Below, piece after piece: positions 1-14,545 of a stretch of DNA of 64,000 nt. A program made the translations under genes and the position numbers. The stretch's first letter is position 1. The number at the start of each line of letters is the position of its first letter. Origin of the DNA: the human T2T-CHM13v2.0 reference genome, Homo sapiens; NCBI RefSeq assembly GCF_009914755.1, contig NC_060929.1, one strand, 5' to 3'. Under the pieces are notes generated by a model. The model made no database searches and had not been told where the DNA came from. It was given only the letters and a program-made list of their open reading frames with translations.

Positions 1-1099
1 TGTCTATTAGGATTGATACATTTTTCATCTGTGTATTGGACATTTGAGAAACCACTAGAATGCTGATATTTGTCATGTTTGAGTTTTGGCTAGAATATTT
101 CATTGGTAGAGTCATGTATTTCCACAAGGTGGCATATATGGAAGATATGTAACTTCTACATATCTCCCTTTTGTGATATTAATGGGCTTTGCTAATCATT
201 GCCTAGATTCATTATTCTAGTGGCAAAGTGATGACATTAAGAATCATTTATACTTGAATTGTAGTTGGAATACTTATTTAAAGAAACTTAAATTTTTCCT
301 CATCAATTATTTGGTTTTCTTGAGGTACTGTTTGTGTAGATAGGTGCTTGAGGTATTAAAAAATCATTTTTATTTAATACTTTTCAAAATAATAAGATAA
401 GTTCCTCAAATAAGATGCTACCTTGGGAGTTCTGATTTCTGAATTTATTTGTCTTCAGCCCCATGAGACGGAAAATACTACCTTTCCCCAGCTTTCTTAG
501 CATATTTCAAAGATAATTAATTAATTTTGAAATGTTTGCTATATTTCAAATCATTGAAGTTATTATTTCATTGAGGCTTAAGTATCTTATCTTTGGCTTA
601 TAAGAGATCTTTCAGATTGGAATTTACGTCATTATGACATAATCCCAGTAGTCTTTCTGCATGGCAATTTATTACAAGCTAAATTATACAGTATAAATCT
701 TCTGTTCCAAATTTGGGATCAATCGCTGCCCCTCTCCCACTGCAACATCCTGAAAGAGACTTTTTCCTTTTAGTTACAAAATGCAATCTGATATTATAAG
801 TACTCATTATAAAGGTTTTGATCATCAATTCTAGGTCTTTTTACTGATCTGAACTAGGAATTACTAGAGTTTTTTTTTTAAGTGAAAATATGTTATAGAC
901 TCAAACTTACATTCCCAAAACAAATTTAGCACTGGTATTTAAGCTATGTTGTTTAAAATTTGTGATTTTTTCCATTATGCTGATAATTTTTTTATATTAT
1001 CAATCACAATATAATTATGCTTTGTGTTATTCTAATAGAAATTTACTTGAAATATTTTGTGTGTGTGTATAATTATATGTAAGTTTATGTTAAAAGCTG

Positions 1100-1659
1100 T
1101 TAAGGTAGACGGCATAATGACTTCCCCCTCCCACCAAAATGTTCATGTTCTATTCCCTGGAAACTGTGAACACATTATCTCAAACGGCAAAAGAGACTTT
1201 GCAAATGTGACAAGTGGTATAGAACTTGAGATGCTGAGAGTATTCTGGATCATCTAGATGGACCCAGTCTAATCGAATGCATTGTAAAAGTGTAACACCT
1301 TTTCATCTGACTCAGAGTGATGAGACAGAAGGTTAGAGGGATGTGACAAGACAAGGACTTGACTCACATTTGTTAGCTTAAAGATAGAGGTAGTTGGCCA
1401 TAAGCCAAGGTAGGCAACGTCTTCTAGAACCTGGGAACTAGCTTCAGTTTACAGCCAGCAAGAATAGAGCTGCAAGAAACTGAATTTTACCATAAACCTA
1501 CATGAAAAAGGAAAATGATTTGTCCCTTGGACAACGTGGTTTTTGTCTAGTGAGATTGATACTGAACTTCTGATGTATATAACTATAAGATAAATTCATG
1601 CTGTTTTAAGCTACTAAAATTTGGTAATTATTTTATGGCAGCAATAGAAAACAAACATA
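1100..1659 (+). mobile_element. MLT1D-like MaLR solo LTR
   Basis: 5' part GGTAGACGGCATAATGA..CCCTGGAAACTGTGAA..GGCAAAAGAGACTTTGCAAATGTGA and 3' end GTTTTAAGCTACTAAAATTTGGTAATT..GCAGCAATAGAAAAC match recalled MLT1D consensus. Confidence 0.75.
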
Positions 1660-1944
1660 GTTAACTTCCTTTTTTTCTTCTTTCGAAATAAATTTGAAAA
1701 AGATTTAATATTTTCATTTTTGTGTAATTTATTTTTTATATAAAACAGCTCTATAGTTACAAAATTTATGAGATAAGATATGCCCAGATAAGTTTAGTTT
1801 GTTTTCCCTCTAGTCTTCCCCTTCTTTCTCATTTATATTCTCAGAGATCTGTATTTTAGCTTTGCAGACTCACGTTTACTTAAGAAAATGCACACACAAA
1901 ACACACCCATATATATTTCAATAATAAGCTCCATTAGTATGATG

Positions 1945-3495
1945 TATTATCCAATTCATATATTTTGGATTCAATTTGCTAAAAATTTTAATTAGAACTT
2001 TTGCATCTGTGTTCATGGCAGATATTGACCTATATTTATCTTTTCTAGTAGTTTTAGTATCAGGGTATAATGTTGACAAAATAAGTTGGAAAGGCATCCT
2101 TTTTAATTTCCTCCAGGAGTTTGTATAAAAATAATATTATTTCTTCCTTAAATGTTCTGGAGAATTCACTAGTGAAGCTTTAGTGTAAAAGGATTTTAAA
2201 CTCCAAATTTGATTAATAGAGTTAGTTATCTATTTCTTCTGGAATGAGTGTTAATTATTTGTATTTTAAAGGAATTTGTCCATTTCATCGAAATTGTTGA
2301 ATTTATTGGCATGAAATAGTTCATAATATTCTTATAATCTTTTTAAATAAATAAATTCAGTGGCAATTTTACTTATCTATACTTGTTTACCTTCTCTGTT
2401 TTTATTTTTGATCGGTCTGCAGAAGGGTTTATTAATGTTATTGGTCTTTTTCAAAATTTGTTTTTACTGACATTGGCTTTCTCTATCATTTCTCTGTTTT
2501 TTTTTATTTAATCAATTTCTAGTTATTTTCCTCTATTTTATTAATATTTAATTGATTCTTTCTCTACATTCTTAAGATTAAAACTGAAGTCACAAAATTG
2601 AGATTTTTTTTCAAATATGACTCTTTCATGCCATGAGCCCCATTTCCCAATTACTGCTTAGGCACCATCCCACAAAATTTGATATTCTGTATTTAAATAT
2701 TTATTTAGTTCAAAATCTTTCTAATATTTCTCTTGACTTAATCTTTAATCTGTAAGTTATTTCAAAGTGCGTTATTTAAAGATTGCTCAGACATCTTTCT
2801 GTTACTCAATTCTAATGTAATTAAATTGCAATCAGAGAAAACACTTCGTATAATGTGAATCTATTATATATATAGACATTTGTTTTATGATTTATAAAAA
2901 CGGTCAGCAAAAAATGTTCTGTAAAGGTCTAGATAGCAAATATTGTATGCTTTTCAAATCATGTATGTACAGTTTCTGTTACATATTCTACTTTTTTAAC
3001 CGTTTAAAATATAAAAAAACTTGCTTATCTTGTGGTTTTCTAGAATCAGCCATGGGCAGGATTTGGCTTGTGGCTGCTGGCCTAGATATGATCTACTTTG
3101 GGAAATATTTCTCATGTACTTGTAATCAATATTCATTCTGTTATTGTTGTTTCGTGTGTTCTATAAATGTCAGTTTCTTCAAGTTGTTTTGGAAATGTTA
3201 TTTAAGTTTTATATCTCTTCACTGATTTCCTGTCTACCAGTTCTGTTAATTATTGAAAGAAGCATAGTGAAATCTCTGACTATAACTGTGGATTTGTCTA
3301 TTTACCTCAAAGTTAATATCAGTTTTTGCTTCATGAAGTTTTAAGCCCTGTTATTTGATGTGTGAGCCTTTAAGATCATTGTATTATCTAAATAATTGAT
3401 CCATCATTGTGAAATGAACCTTTTTCTTTATGATGGCATTTTAAAAATCTGAAGTGTACTTTATCTGGTATTAAAATAGCTACTCTAATATTTTA
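1945..3495 (-). mobile_element. Old L1M ORF2 fragment (antisense), interrupted by MER58
   Basis: TTTTGGATTCAATTTGCTAAAAATTTT..TTTTGCATCTGTGTTCATG, GGAATTTGTCCATTTCATC, CTATAACTGTGGATTTGTCTATTT are typical L1 ORF2 antisense motifs. Confidence 0.75.
2898..3085 (-). mobile_element. MER58 (MER58C-like) hAT-Charlie MITE
   Basis: GGTCAGCAAAAAATGTTCTGTAAAGGTCTAGATAGCAAATATT...GGCAGGATTTGGCTTGTGG resembles the MER58 ends. Confidence 0.65.
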
Positions 3496-3504
3496 CATTT
3501 TGTT

Positions 3505-4065
3505 TCTTTCTACTTTTATTTAAGATTCTGGGGGTCATGTGCAGGTTTGTTACATAATTAAATTGCATTTTGCTGAGGCTTGGTGTACAAATTATCCCAT
3601 CACACAGGTAATGAGCACAGTAGCCAATAAGTAGCCTTTCAATCTACCTCCACTCCCACCCTCCCACATCAAGCAGTTCCCAGTGTCTATTGTTCCCATT
3701 TTTGTGTCCACGTGTAGTCAAAGTTTATCTTCCACTTATAAGAGAGAACATGCAGTATTTGGCTTTCTGCTTCCACATTAGTAGACTTAGGATAATGATC
3801 TCTAGCTACCTCCATGTTGCTAAAAAAGACATGGTTTTGTTCCTTTTATTGCTGCGTAGTATTCCATGGTGAATATGTACCATATTTGTGATTATGTACC
3901 ATATTCACCATGGAATACTACGCAGCAATAAAAAGTACATGGTGTATGTGTACCATGTCTTTGCTATGGTGAATAGTGCTGAGATGCAATAACAAGTACA
4001 TGGTGTATATGTACCACATCTTTGCTATAGTGAATAGCACCGTGATGCACATATGAGCAAATGCC
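3505..4065 (-). mobile_element. L1PA/PB (old primate) 3' UTR fragment with internal rearrangement
   Basis: TTTTATTTAAGATTCTGGGGGTCATGTGCAGGTTTGTTACAT...CCACTTATAAGAGAGAACATGCAGTATTTGGC...GTATTCCATGGTG. Confidence 0.85.
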
Positions 4066-4665
4066 TTTTAACTGACTAATGATAACTGTGTGTATATTGA
4101 TTGTGTACAGTGTGATGTGTTAATATATGTATATATTGTGGAATGATTAAATCAGGCTAATGAACATATCCATCACTTCAAATACTTATTTTTTTGTGGT
4201 AAGAACATTTAAAATGTAATCTCTTAGGAATTTTGAAATATACATTATTATTAACTACAGTTGTCAAGCTGTGCAATAGATCTCAAAAATTTATTCCTGT
4301 TTTCTCCCTATAACTTTGGACCTTTTAACCAGTATCTCCCCATTTCCCCTATCACTAGCTTCTGGTAACTGTCATTATAGTCTCTATTTCTATGAGTTCA
4401 ATTTTTTTAAGTTTATGTATAAATAGGGTCTTCCAATATTTGCCGTTTTGCACCTGTCTTATTTCTCTTAGCACAATGTCTCCCAGGCTCATTCATGTGG
4501 TTACAAATTATAAAATTTTATTCTTTTATAAGGCTGAATTGTATTGTACATAGACATATATTTCACATTTTCTTTATCTATTCATTCATTGATAGATATT
4601 TACATTTATTCTATATCTTGGTTATTTTGAATAATGCTGCAATAAACATGAGTGCAGATATCTGT
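4066..4665 (-). mobile_element. L1MA-type 3' end
   Basis: TGTGGAATGATTAAATCAGGCTAATGAACATATCCATCACTTCA...AATAAACATGAGTGCAGATATCT matches the L1MA 3' UTR antisense. Confidence 0.75.
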
Positions 4666-4669
4666 AACA

Positions 4670-5830
4670 TTTTAATATTAGGAATAGTGTGTGCCTCTTT
4701 TTCTTTCCCATTACTTTTAGCTTCCTTGTGACTTCATGTTTAAAATCCATTTATGGTAGACATTCTATAGTTGGCCCTTGTATTTTTATTCAGCCTGTTA
4801 ATCTGTATTTTAATTATTTTAATTGCATTATTCAAATCATTTATGTTTAATGTTTCTTGATGAGGCAGAAGCTAAATCTATTTTCTTGTTGTTTTCTGTT
4901 CAATCTGTTCTTGGTTTCTCTTTTTCTTTTCTGTTTTCTCTTGGCTAAATTGAATACTTTTATTATTTGACTTACTTCATTTGTTGGCTTAGTAGCTAAA
5001 ACTTAGTTTCATTATGCTAGTGGTTGCATTGTATTCATAGCTCTGTCTTTTTACAATCTATTTTTAAAATATAGTATTTGACTTTACTTATAGCAGTAAA
5101 AGCTTATTTTAACTTTTTCCTTTGTACTTTATAATTTTCACACATTTTAATTTTACATATTATAAACTCCACACTTATTTTTATGTAAATAGTGAAATAT
5201 CTTTTAAAGAGATTGAGAAAGAAATTTGTTTATCACTTTGGTTCTTTATTTATGTACATCCATATTTTCATGGGCTACCATTTCCTTGTGCCTAAAGAAC
5301 TTTTATTTTATTTTTAAATGTACATCAAGAGCTATTGAATTTTGTTTACATTTAGTATGTCTGAAAAAGCCTCTGATTTGCTTAACTTTTAAAGATAATT
5401 TTACTGAATGATGAAATCTTTGTCGGCCGGGTTTTTTTTTTTCTTTTATTAATTTAAAGATGTCTTATTCTCCTTTTAGTTGTGTTGTTTCTGAAGAGAA
5501 ACCTACTGTCATTCTTATGTTTATTGCTCTCTATATAATCTTGCATTTCTGTAGCTGATTTTAGGATTCTATTTTTGTAACTGGTTCTGAACAACTTGAT
5601 TATATAGCGCCTTCATGTAGTTTTCTTTATCTTTTGTGCTGGCATTCATCGACCTCTTTGAATCTGTGGGTTTTATTGTGAAATATTTTCAGCTTATTGG
5701 GATGCTGGACATTATCCTACAGTTCGCTGATGTTATTTTCATTTTTTTCTATTAAGGTTACTAATCATTTTTTTCCAATGTCTAATCTGCTGTTACCCCC
5801 GTCTGCTGTATTTATTTTTAGGCTAATCTA
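4670..5830 (-). mobile_element. Old L1M fragment (continuation)
   Basis: T-rich antisense L1 motifs e.g. GTTTCTGAAGAGAAACCTACTGTCATTCTTAT, CTCTTTGAATCTGTGGGTTT. Confidence 0.55.
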
Positions 5831-7749
5831 GGGCTGACTGTAACAATATTTGTTTTAGTCTTGTTAGAGTATAATATTATTTGTATGAATGTATTACAAC
5901 TCATTTATCAATTCTGAAATATGATCTGCTATTTTTCTACCTTACTTTTTTCTCTTAGTAAGATATTATGAACACTTTTCCTCAAAAGTCACTAAAATTA
6001 ACCTTATACATTTTACTCTTGCATGATATTTCAATAGTTTCCTGGTCTATTTTCTTTTTTGCTTTGTGTTTTTATTCATTTATTTATATTTTTAAGGTCT
6101 CTCACTAGGTTATCACAACTTGGCAAACTATTCCTTCCACAGAATTATAACCCCACATTCTCGGACTTTATATGTCTGAATGAACATTAATACACGTTAT
6201 TATTATGGCACTTAACATATTTAAAAGGTATAAAGTATTCAAATATTAAGACAGTTTAAATGGCAGACAAAATGTTAAATTCTTACTAAATTTATTAGCA
6301 AAAATCGATTCCTCTTTTTTACAAGAGTGATTTGGAAGAAAAGTGAAAAAAAATCACAGTTCACACACTATTTGGTAAATAACTTACACCAAATATGGGG
6401 AAAAATACCGGATTTTAAGAAATTAAATGATAATTGTTTTAGTTACAGTAAAAAAGCACCTCTATCTTTCAAAAATATTTAATAGGTTAAAGGGCATGTT
6501 TTTATGCATTTTGCACAAAACAAAGACAACATTTTACTCAAAGTATTTGTTAGCCTCCATCCCATTTTAAATTTTTTTTTTTTCTGTAAAATTGCACCAC
6601 AAAGTGCAAACATCAAAGCTTTTTTATTCTGGAAACATTAAAGGCATGTGGTTCTGTACATTGTGGATTTCACATAAACTTTCAAACAGATGTTGTGATT
6701 TTTTTTAATGCAGGTTTCCTAAGACCACAAAATGAGGTATTTAGAAAGACATTAAATGATAACTGTGAAATTGATGGAAATCCAAGAAATCAATGGTTGC
6801 ACTTACCTCATTATTTACAATTACAAATGTGGTAGATGTAAATATAAAGTGAGTAAGTCACCAATAGACTCCATTTTCAATGTTTAAAGTGAGACCTAGA
6901 GTGTTGTATATAGTTCTTAAGATCTTCATCATTTATAATACTAAATACATACAAGGTGTTTTGCTGGTTATTTTGTCACCTAATATTGCTAAATTTCTTA
7001 TGTATTCATAAGATTCTGCTATGAGAATATGTTTGAAGAAATCATAATAAAACAACTCATTTTAGAAAAGGTCAATTGATAGCAAGGATAAACACATTTG
7101 AAAACTGGAGGACCAATAATTTTTGCTAAGTGTCCAAATCACATAGTAACCCAAACATAGTGTTATATAGCTAGCACATAGTAAGTATAAAATAATTATG
7201 TGTTGCATCAATAAGTAACACACACACCTTACCTAGAAACTAGCTGCTCTGCCAAATTCGAGGTAATAGTACAGAAGAAGGCAGGGACTAGATACTAGAA
7301 ATAAAGCAAAACTATTCAGTTGTAACAGGAGAAAAAATACAAGGGCCTAGATATAAAATAAAGATATAAGGGCAGAGTACTACTGACTAAGAATAACCAT
7401 ACCCTGAAAGTATCTACTGTTGTTAGACATTACTCCCCATTAATGACTTCTATCTTACTCTTTTTGTTTCTCATCTATTAGGATAATTTAGACTTATAAC
7501 AAATAGTTCTTTTCTGACTTTATCAACCCAAACTTGCTATTTTCCTACATACACTTCTGGCATTACTCTCTGGGATTTCAATACCCACAGAGGTAGTTCC
7601 TCCAAAAAGCTCAAAAATAGTTTTCTTCTTTCCATAGCCTATCTAGGTGGTCACACCATAATTTTTTTTTAACCTACAGAATTTCAATACCAATTAGCTC
7701 ATTTTCTCACAACTATCTTCTATTTTTTCTTCTTATTCAGAACCCTGCA

Positions 7750-9501
7750 TTCCAAAACTTCTTCAACTGAAGTTAAGAGTTCCTATTCATTGATTCTGCA
7801 GTTGCCCCCAATACCCATGGCCTGCCCACAAGCCCTCACAGCCCCATTACTAACTCTAACTCCATAGTATATTCATATACTTGCTCCTTTGGAGGTAATT
7901 TAGCTCTTTTGTATACCTGGCAGCATTTCAATCTAGCCTACTCCTCAATTGCACACATAGGCTGAATAATCGCAATACTGATATATAACTCAAACACTAG
8001 TTAAATCAGACTACTTTTTTTTTTCTTGCCTGAGCACAAGAACTAACGAAGAAAGTTTAGAGGGAGGTGGAGGAAGAACGCTTTGAATGTTTTTACTCTA
8101 AGATAATGACCGCACGCTTTAGATGGGCATTTGAAACTGCCTGAGTAATCTACTAATTTACTATTCAATTCCCTGGACCAATCAATTTTTTACCTTCACA
8201 TTTTGCTTTCAACCTTACCACTTCCATGATCACTTTAAATTGATGGCCTTATCTCACTTTTATTTTGAGAAATACAAGAGGTAAAATAAAAACTTTCTAT
8301 TTTTCCCTTAATTGCTTTACAAAACTGTCTGCATCATTATCTGTATTCTTGTTCTTATTCCTAGTTACTTTGAGATAAATGTTCTTAGTCAATCAAAAGT
8401 AAAACCCGTAACTCACAGTTGCAATGTTACACTCTCTTGACTTTTTGAGACTTATTCTTAGAGCTATTCACACTTTTCCTTTTGCATCACCAAAATCTCC
8501 CTCTCTCCTAAATTATTCTCATCGGGATATAACCATACTATATGAACTTTCCATGATTTCAAACCCAAACAAAATCAAAACCCTTTTGTGATCGGTTGTT
8601 TCCTCAATCTATTGCTCTGTTTTATTTATTTTATTATCTATAGAAAACCTTTTTGGAACAAATGTCTAAAATTGATATTTGCACTTCCTCACTGCCCATT
8701 TATTCTCAGATCCAATTTAATCTTAGTGTCATCCTCACTCCTTCATTGAAACTGTTACTTCATTGTCTTTGACAACCTTTTTGTAGCCAGAGATAACAGC
8801 ACCTTTTTCCTTCATTTACTTGAAGTTTTAGTAGCTGTTTATTTCATTAACCGTTGAAATAAATCTCTCAATTTGGAGAAACAACCCTGTCTTTAGCAGC
8901 CTCCTACTTTAGAGTAAACTCATTCTTAATACCCCTTTACTGACTAATTCCTTTTTTTCTATCCATCCTCTAAATGTTGAGTAAAGAACCATGTCTAAAT
9001 CCAAGTATTTGAGGCATAACACTGGAGGTTTCTTTTTTTCTATTTTGATCTTCTAATTAGATTTTCTCTTATCAATGGGGCTCATGATCAATCAATTTAT
9101 TAGTAAAAAATTTGGAATAAACTTTAATTTCTCTGTTTCCCTCAACTTGATTTTCAAACTCATCAATGAATTCTAACAACTTTCTCTCACAATAAATCTG
9201 ATTTATCCACTTATTTATCAGTAAGATGCCTGTACCTTACTAAGTTTACCTTTACTGTGTAGCAACATACTGTAATCACTTTGTAACTAGCTTTCATTTT
9301 TCATTTTGCATCACCAATCCACACCACACACATCAATCCATACTACACACACAAAAAGTTGACTTTTCAAAACATACTCAGCTCTGGCTGGGGACAGTGG
9401 CTCACACCTGTAATCCCAGCACTTTGGGAGGCCAAGGCGGGTGGATCACGAGGTGAGGAGATTGAGACCATCTTGGCTAACATGGTGAAACCCTTTGTCT
9501 A

Positions 9502-9536
<35 letters not shown>

Positions 9537-9688
9537 AGCCGGGCATGGTGGCGGGCGCCTGTAGTCCCAGCTACTCAGGAGGCTGAGGCAGGAGAATGGC
9601 GTGAACTTGGGAGACAGAGCTTGCAGTGAGTCGAGATCAGCCACTACTCTCCAGCCTGGGCAACAGAGCGAGACTCGGTCTAAAAAAC

Positions 9689-9719
<31 letters not shown>

Positions 9720-10235
9720 ACACATACTTAGCTCTTATTATATGATTGTGTCATTGCTTAAAATTCTCCAACCTCTTAACTATGATTTTAAATGCCCTCC
9801 TTTATTTCATCCTTTCCTACACTTCTGATCTTTTCTATGCCATTTTCATTTTTACAAAGACCTTGACACCAGCTTTGTTTTTCTACCATGAATTGTGCGA
9901 AGGCTTTCTCGCTCAGAACCTGTGCATTTGCTATTTTCTTTGCCTGAACAACTCCTCCCCAGCCTCGCAGTTTGTTATTTTCCTCATCTTGGCTCAAAAT
10001 ATATCATCTCATAGAGTCCATTTTTGATTATCCAAACTATATAATAGTAATTTTTTCAGTCACTTCCTTTGTCATCATTGTGAATATTTAATCCATAGCA
10101 ATAATAATCATTTTAACATACAATGTTCCAGAATTTAAGTCTCATAGGACTGGATTTATTGTTTCTTGTTTCCCCAGAGTATCATATTTTATGTCTTTAA
10201 GTAGGTGTTCAGTAAGGATTTGGTGATTTATTAAT
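7750..10235 (+). mobile_element. L2 LINE, long decayed copy interrupted by AluY
   Basis: CACTCCTTCATTGAAACTGTTACTT..GACAACCTTTTTGTAGCCAGA (L2 RT region) and L2 3' end GTAGGTGTTCAGTAAGGATTTGGTGA. Confidence 0.65.
9386..9721 (+). mobile_element. AluY
   Basis: Dimeric Alu with Y diagnostics (GGATCACGAGG, TGGCTAAC, GGCGGGCGCCTGTAGTCCC, GAATGGCGTGAAC, GAGCTTGCAGTGAG); (CAAAA)n tail; TSD ACATACT(C/T)AGCTCT. Confidence 0.92.
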
Positions 10236-11344
10236 GATATTAATGAGATTTGTAACTAACAGCTGCCATAAACTTTCCAGAGACCATAGAAAATTCATTA
10301 AGACCTTTGAATGAAGCTTAATTTGCCCCAATTCAGGGGACTGGAAGGGAATTAGATGACTCTATTCGACACATGATAATTTTGGGGATATATATTATCT
10401 TCTGGTTACCTAAGTGGGGTAAAAATATGGGTAATTAAACTTTAAAGATAGCTTGCTCATTGACTACTTTGGTTTCTAGAAAAGTTCCTAAAATATTGAT
10501 TAATGAATGGAAACTGGGGAAACTTACTTCATAATATGATGATAGCATTAAAATTAAAGAACAAGTAATGAGAAAAGAAAGAATGAAGCAAAACCAAGAG
10601 ATATGAAAATCATTTCTGGAAATTTAAGTGAAACTTGTAATCATATCAAAAGGAAAGAATGGCCAGAAAATATATGAAGTCCTTCAAAAAACCTTAACTT
10701 CCTTATCTGGAAGAGCAGTTTTGATGTAATATCAGAAGAAGTGAATCTGAAATTTAAAATAGTATGTTAAATTAGGACACATTTTGTACTGTTTTCAATG
10801 GGACCACAAAAGGCTGAGAACCAAACAATAAACACAGAAAAAAAGAGAAAAACAACATGCTTTTTAAACATCACAGGTCATCATGATGACTTTTCTGAAA
10901 AAGAAACAATATGAAAATAAAAACTCTCAACTTGATAGTATATACAGAGAGTGAAGTTGAAGAGACTAACATTTGGAAATGGAAGAAAAATTTTCTTAAA
11001 AAAATTAAATTGCATTTTGTTTATCTAATTCCATGGATAAGTAAAAGAGTAGTCCTTTCTCAAGTCTAGTCTCATGAAAATGACTTTAAGGTGACTATGC
11101 ATAGCTTATCCTATGTCCCCTGACACTGTGGGACACAGGAGTGAATGCTAAACTTATGTATAAAAAAGTAAGACATCCTGACAGCAGAACATGATTGGAT
11201 GGATTGGAAACAGCCTGTATTCTCAGAGTTTATCAAGGCAAAGAATGTTTGGATGTTTCCTATAAACCATGAAAGATTAAGGCAGTCAAGAGCTCCTTAA
11301 AAGGAAATCTCTAGTGTGAAATATGAAGCAAAAGGTTTATTTGT

Positions 11345-11542
11345 TGACTTGTTTTTAGTGAACCTCCACTATTTATTGAAAATGCTATCTTTTATCAGCT
11401 GAATTCCTTTTGCACCTTTGTCAAAATCAACTGGCCACTTAAGCATTTGGCTATTTCTAGACTCTATTCTGCCTTGTTAATATATTTTGCCCATTTTAGC
11501 ATCAATTCAACACTATATTATTGCGGCTTTATAACTCTTAAA
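11345..11542 (-). mobile_element. Old L1M fragment (left part of host element)
   Basis: ATTTATTGAAAATGCTATC..TTGCACCTTTGTCAAAATCAACTGGCCA..CTATTTCTAGACTCTATTCTG. Confidence 0.7.
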
Positions 11543-11554
11543 CATAATACACAT

Positions 11555-12632
<1,078 letters not shown>

Positions 12633-12960
12633 TATATAAATTCAATTTCTGATTGGTTATTGATATTACTTACAAAATAATGGATTTTTATAAAAATCGG
12701 CTTGTATTCTATATGCTGTTAAACTCACCTAATAATTCTACAATATTCGAATGGAATCTCCAGGATCTTCTGCATGTGTGATGATGTTATCTGCAAACAA
12801 AGACAGCTTCTTCTTATTTTTCAATGTGGATGGCTTATATTTATTTTCCCACCTCATTTGTTAGTGAAACTGGATACAAGTATACATAAAACTGAATAAA
12901 AGTGGTGAGAAATTGTTATGGAATAATTGTCCAGTCTCTTACTGTTAATTATGACATTAG
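12633..12960 (-). mobile_element. Old L1M fragment (right part of host element)
   Basis: ATGTTATCTGCAAACAAAGACAGCTT..TGAATAAAAGTGGTGAGA antisense ORF2 motifs. Confidence 0.7.
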
Positions 12961-14184
12961 CTCAAAAAAAAAAGAAACTTTTTAACTGAAGAAATCTGTA
13001 ACTTTCTATCCTTCTGCACTAATCCATTGTGACCATAAAGTGACTAATATTTGAGGGGTGACAAAGTAAATAGATGATATTAACAATATGACATTTCCTA
13101 TCAATTATGTCAACCATTGACCCAAAAATCATTGAAAACTTTACTGTTGAAGAATTTCTTCTCCAGATTTTATGTGAGTTCACTGGATTAGACCATTACT
13201 ATTTTTTTTATATGAGGTCACTGGATTACTCCCATGATCTCATATAAAAAAAGTTGATGTTGGGCAACTTTGGATTGTATGAGGACACCAGTCAAAGCCA
13301 AAAGGCAGAAAGCCTTTTGAGGTTCTGCAAACTTTTTGCAGTAGATAAGAGTCTATATTCACTTGTTGTATATTTGCTCTCATTAATAAAAAACCTGGAT
13401 TTTCTGAGACTAGTCCAGGAGCACTGCATAGCACTACAGCTATGTCTGTGGTAGTTACTTTATATAGAGGTGGTTTAATAATAATTTGTAATATTACAAA
13501 GCCAAAGTAGGTTTTAATAATTCTGAATTGAACTATAAAATGTTCAATGATTTTCTATGATTTTTCTCTTTTCCTCATTTAAAGTTATGTTTTCTAAATA
13601 ATTATCTCCATAAAATTTTGCAAATTAAAAATATAAATGTTAGGTTGGTATTATTAAAACATAAAATAATCTGCTGTTATATCACTCGAAGGTAATAATA
13701 ATACTTCCTAAATGACATATGGTAAAACTCTTTCAGCAAAAACATGATTTTTCCCAGAAAATTAACATTTTATAGCCAAATATGATGTTTTAGGAGGAAA
13801 TAAATGTGTTAAATCTTGATACTTTTATTTATTGTAATATTTGGTAACTTCTTTTTTTCATGGTAGCTAAATACTTGAGTGTAATATTCATAAATATTCG
13901 CTATTTCTTCATAGCAACATTATGCTCATGATCGTAATATTTAGCTTAGTAATGAAATAGATACATACCAATATCACATTTTCACGTCTATCTCAGGATT
14001 TTTTAAAATAAATAATTCTTATAGATTCATGCACTGGTCCATTGTAAGATGCTATAAAATTTATAAAAGCTAGGAGGTAGTAGTCCACAATATGTTACAT
14101 TTGTGAAATATATTTTATTAAAATTTAGTTTTATCTCTGAGAAAAACTATTCATTATGATCTAAAATACAAAGGCTTTATATTA

Positions 14185-14545
14185 TGTCTTCACTTGTTCA
14201 AGTTGCTATAACAAAACAACTTAGACTGGGTAATTTGTAAACAAGAGCAATTTATTGCTTACAGCTCTGGAGGATGGAATCTCTTCGATCAAGATGTCAG
14301 CAGATTCAGTATGGGCTGAGGCCTAATTCTCTGCTTCAAAGATGGCATCTTCTTGCTATGTTCTCATACGCTAGAAGGGACAAACAAGTTTTCCAAGCCT
14401 CTTTTATAAGGCACTAATCTCACTTATGAAGCTTCTTCCCTCACGACCTAAACTCCCAGATACTCCACCTTCCAAAATCACTATACTGAGGATTAAGTTT
14501 CATTAAATGAATTTTAAAGGAGACACAGTCTTTTAGACCATAGCA
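14185..14545 (-). mobile_element. MLT1A/MLT1A0 solo LTR
   Basis: TGTCTT..GTTGCTATAACAAAA..TAGACTGGGTAATTTGTAAACA...TTTTATAAGGCACTAATC...AGACCATAGCA. Confidence 0.82.

Noticed and set aside
6700-6860. Splice-like signals on both strands (TTTAATGCAG|G, GA|GTAAGT, minus AG|GTAAGT)
   Set aside because: No consistent exon with an open frame; could not pair sites convincingly.
11110-11139. Small hairpin CCTATGTCCC...GGGACACAGG
   Set aside because: 10-bp stem with a mismatch; expected by chance in 64 kb.
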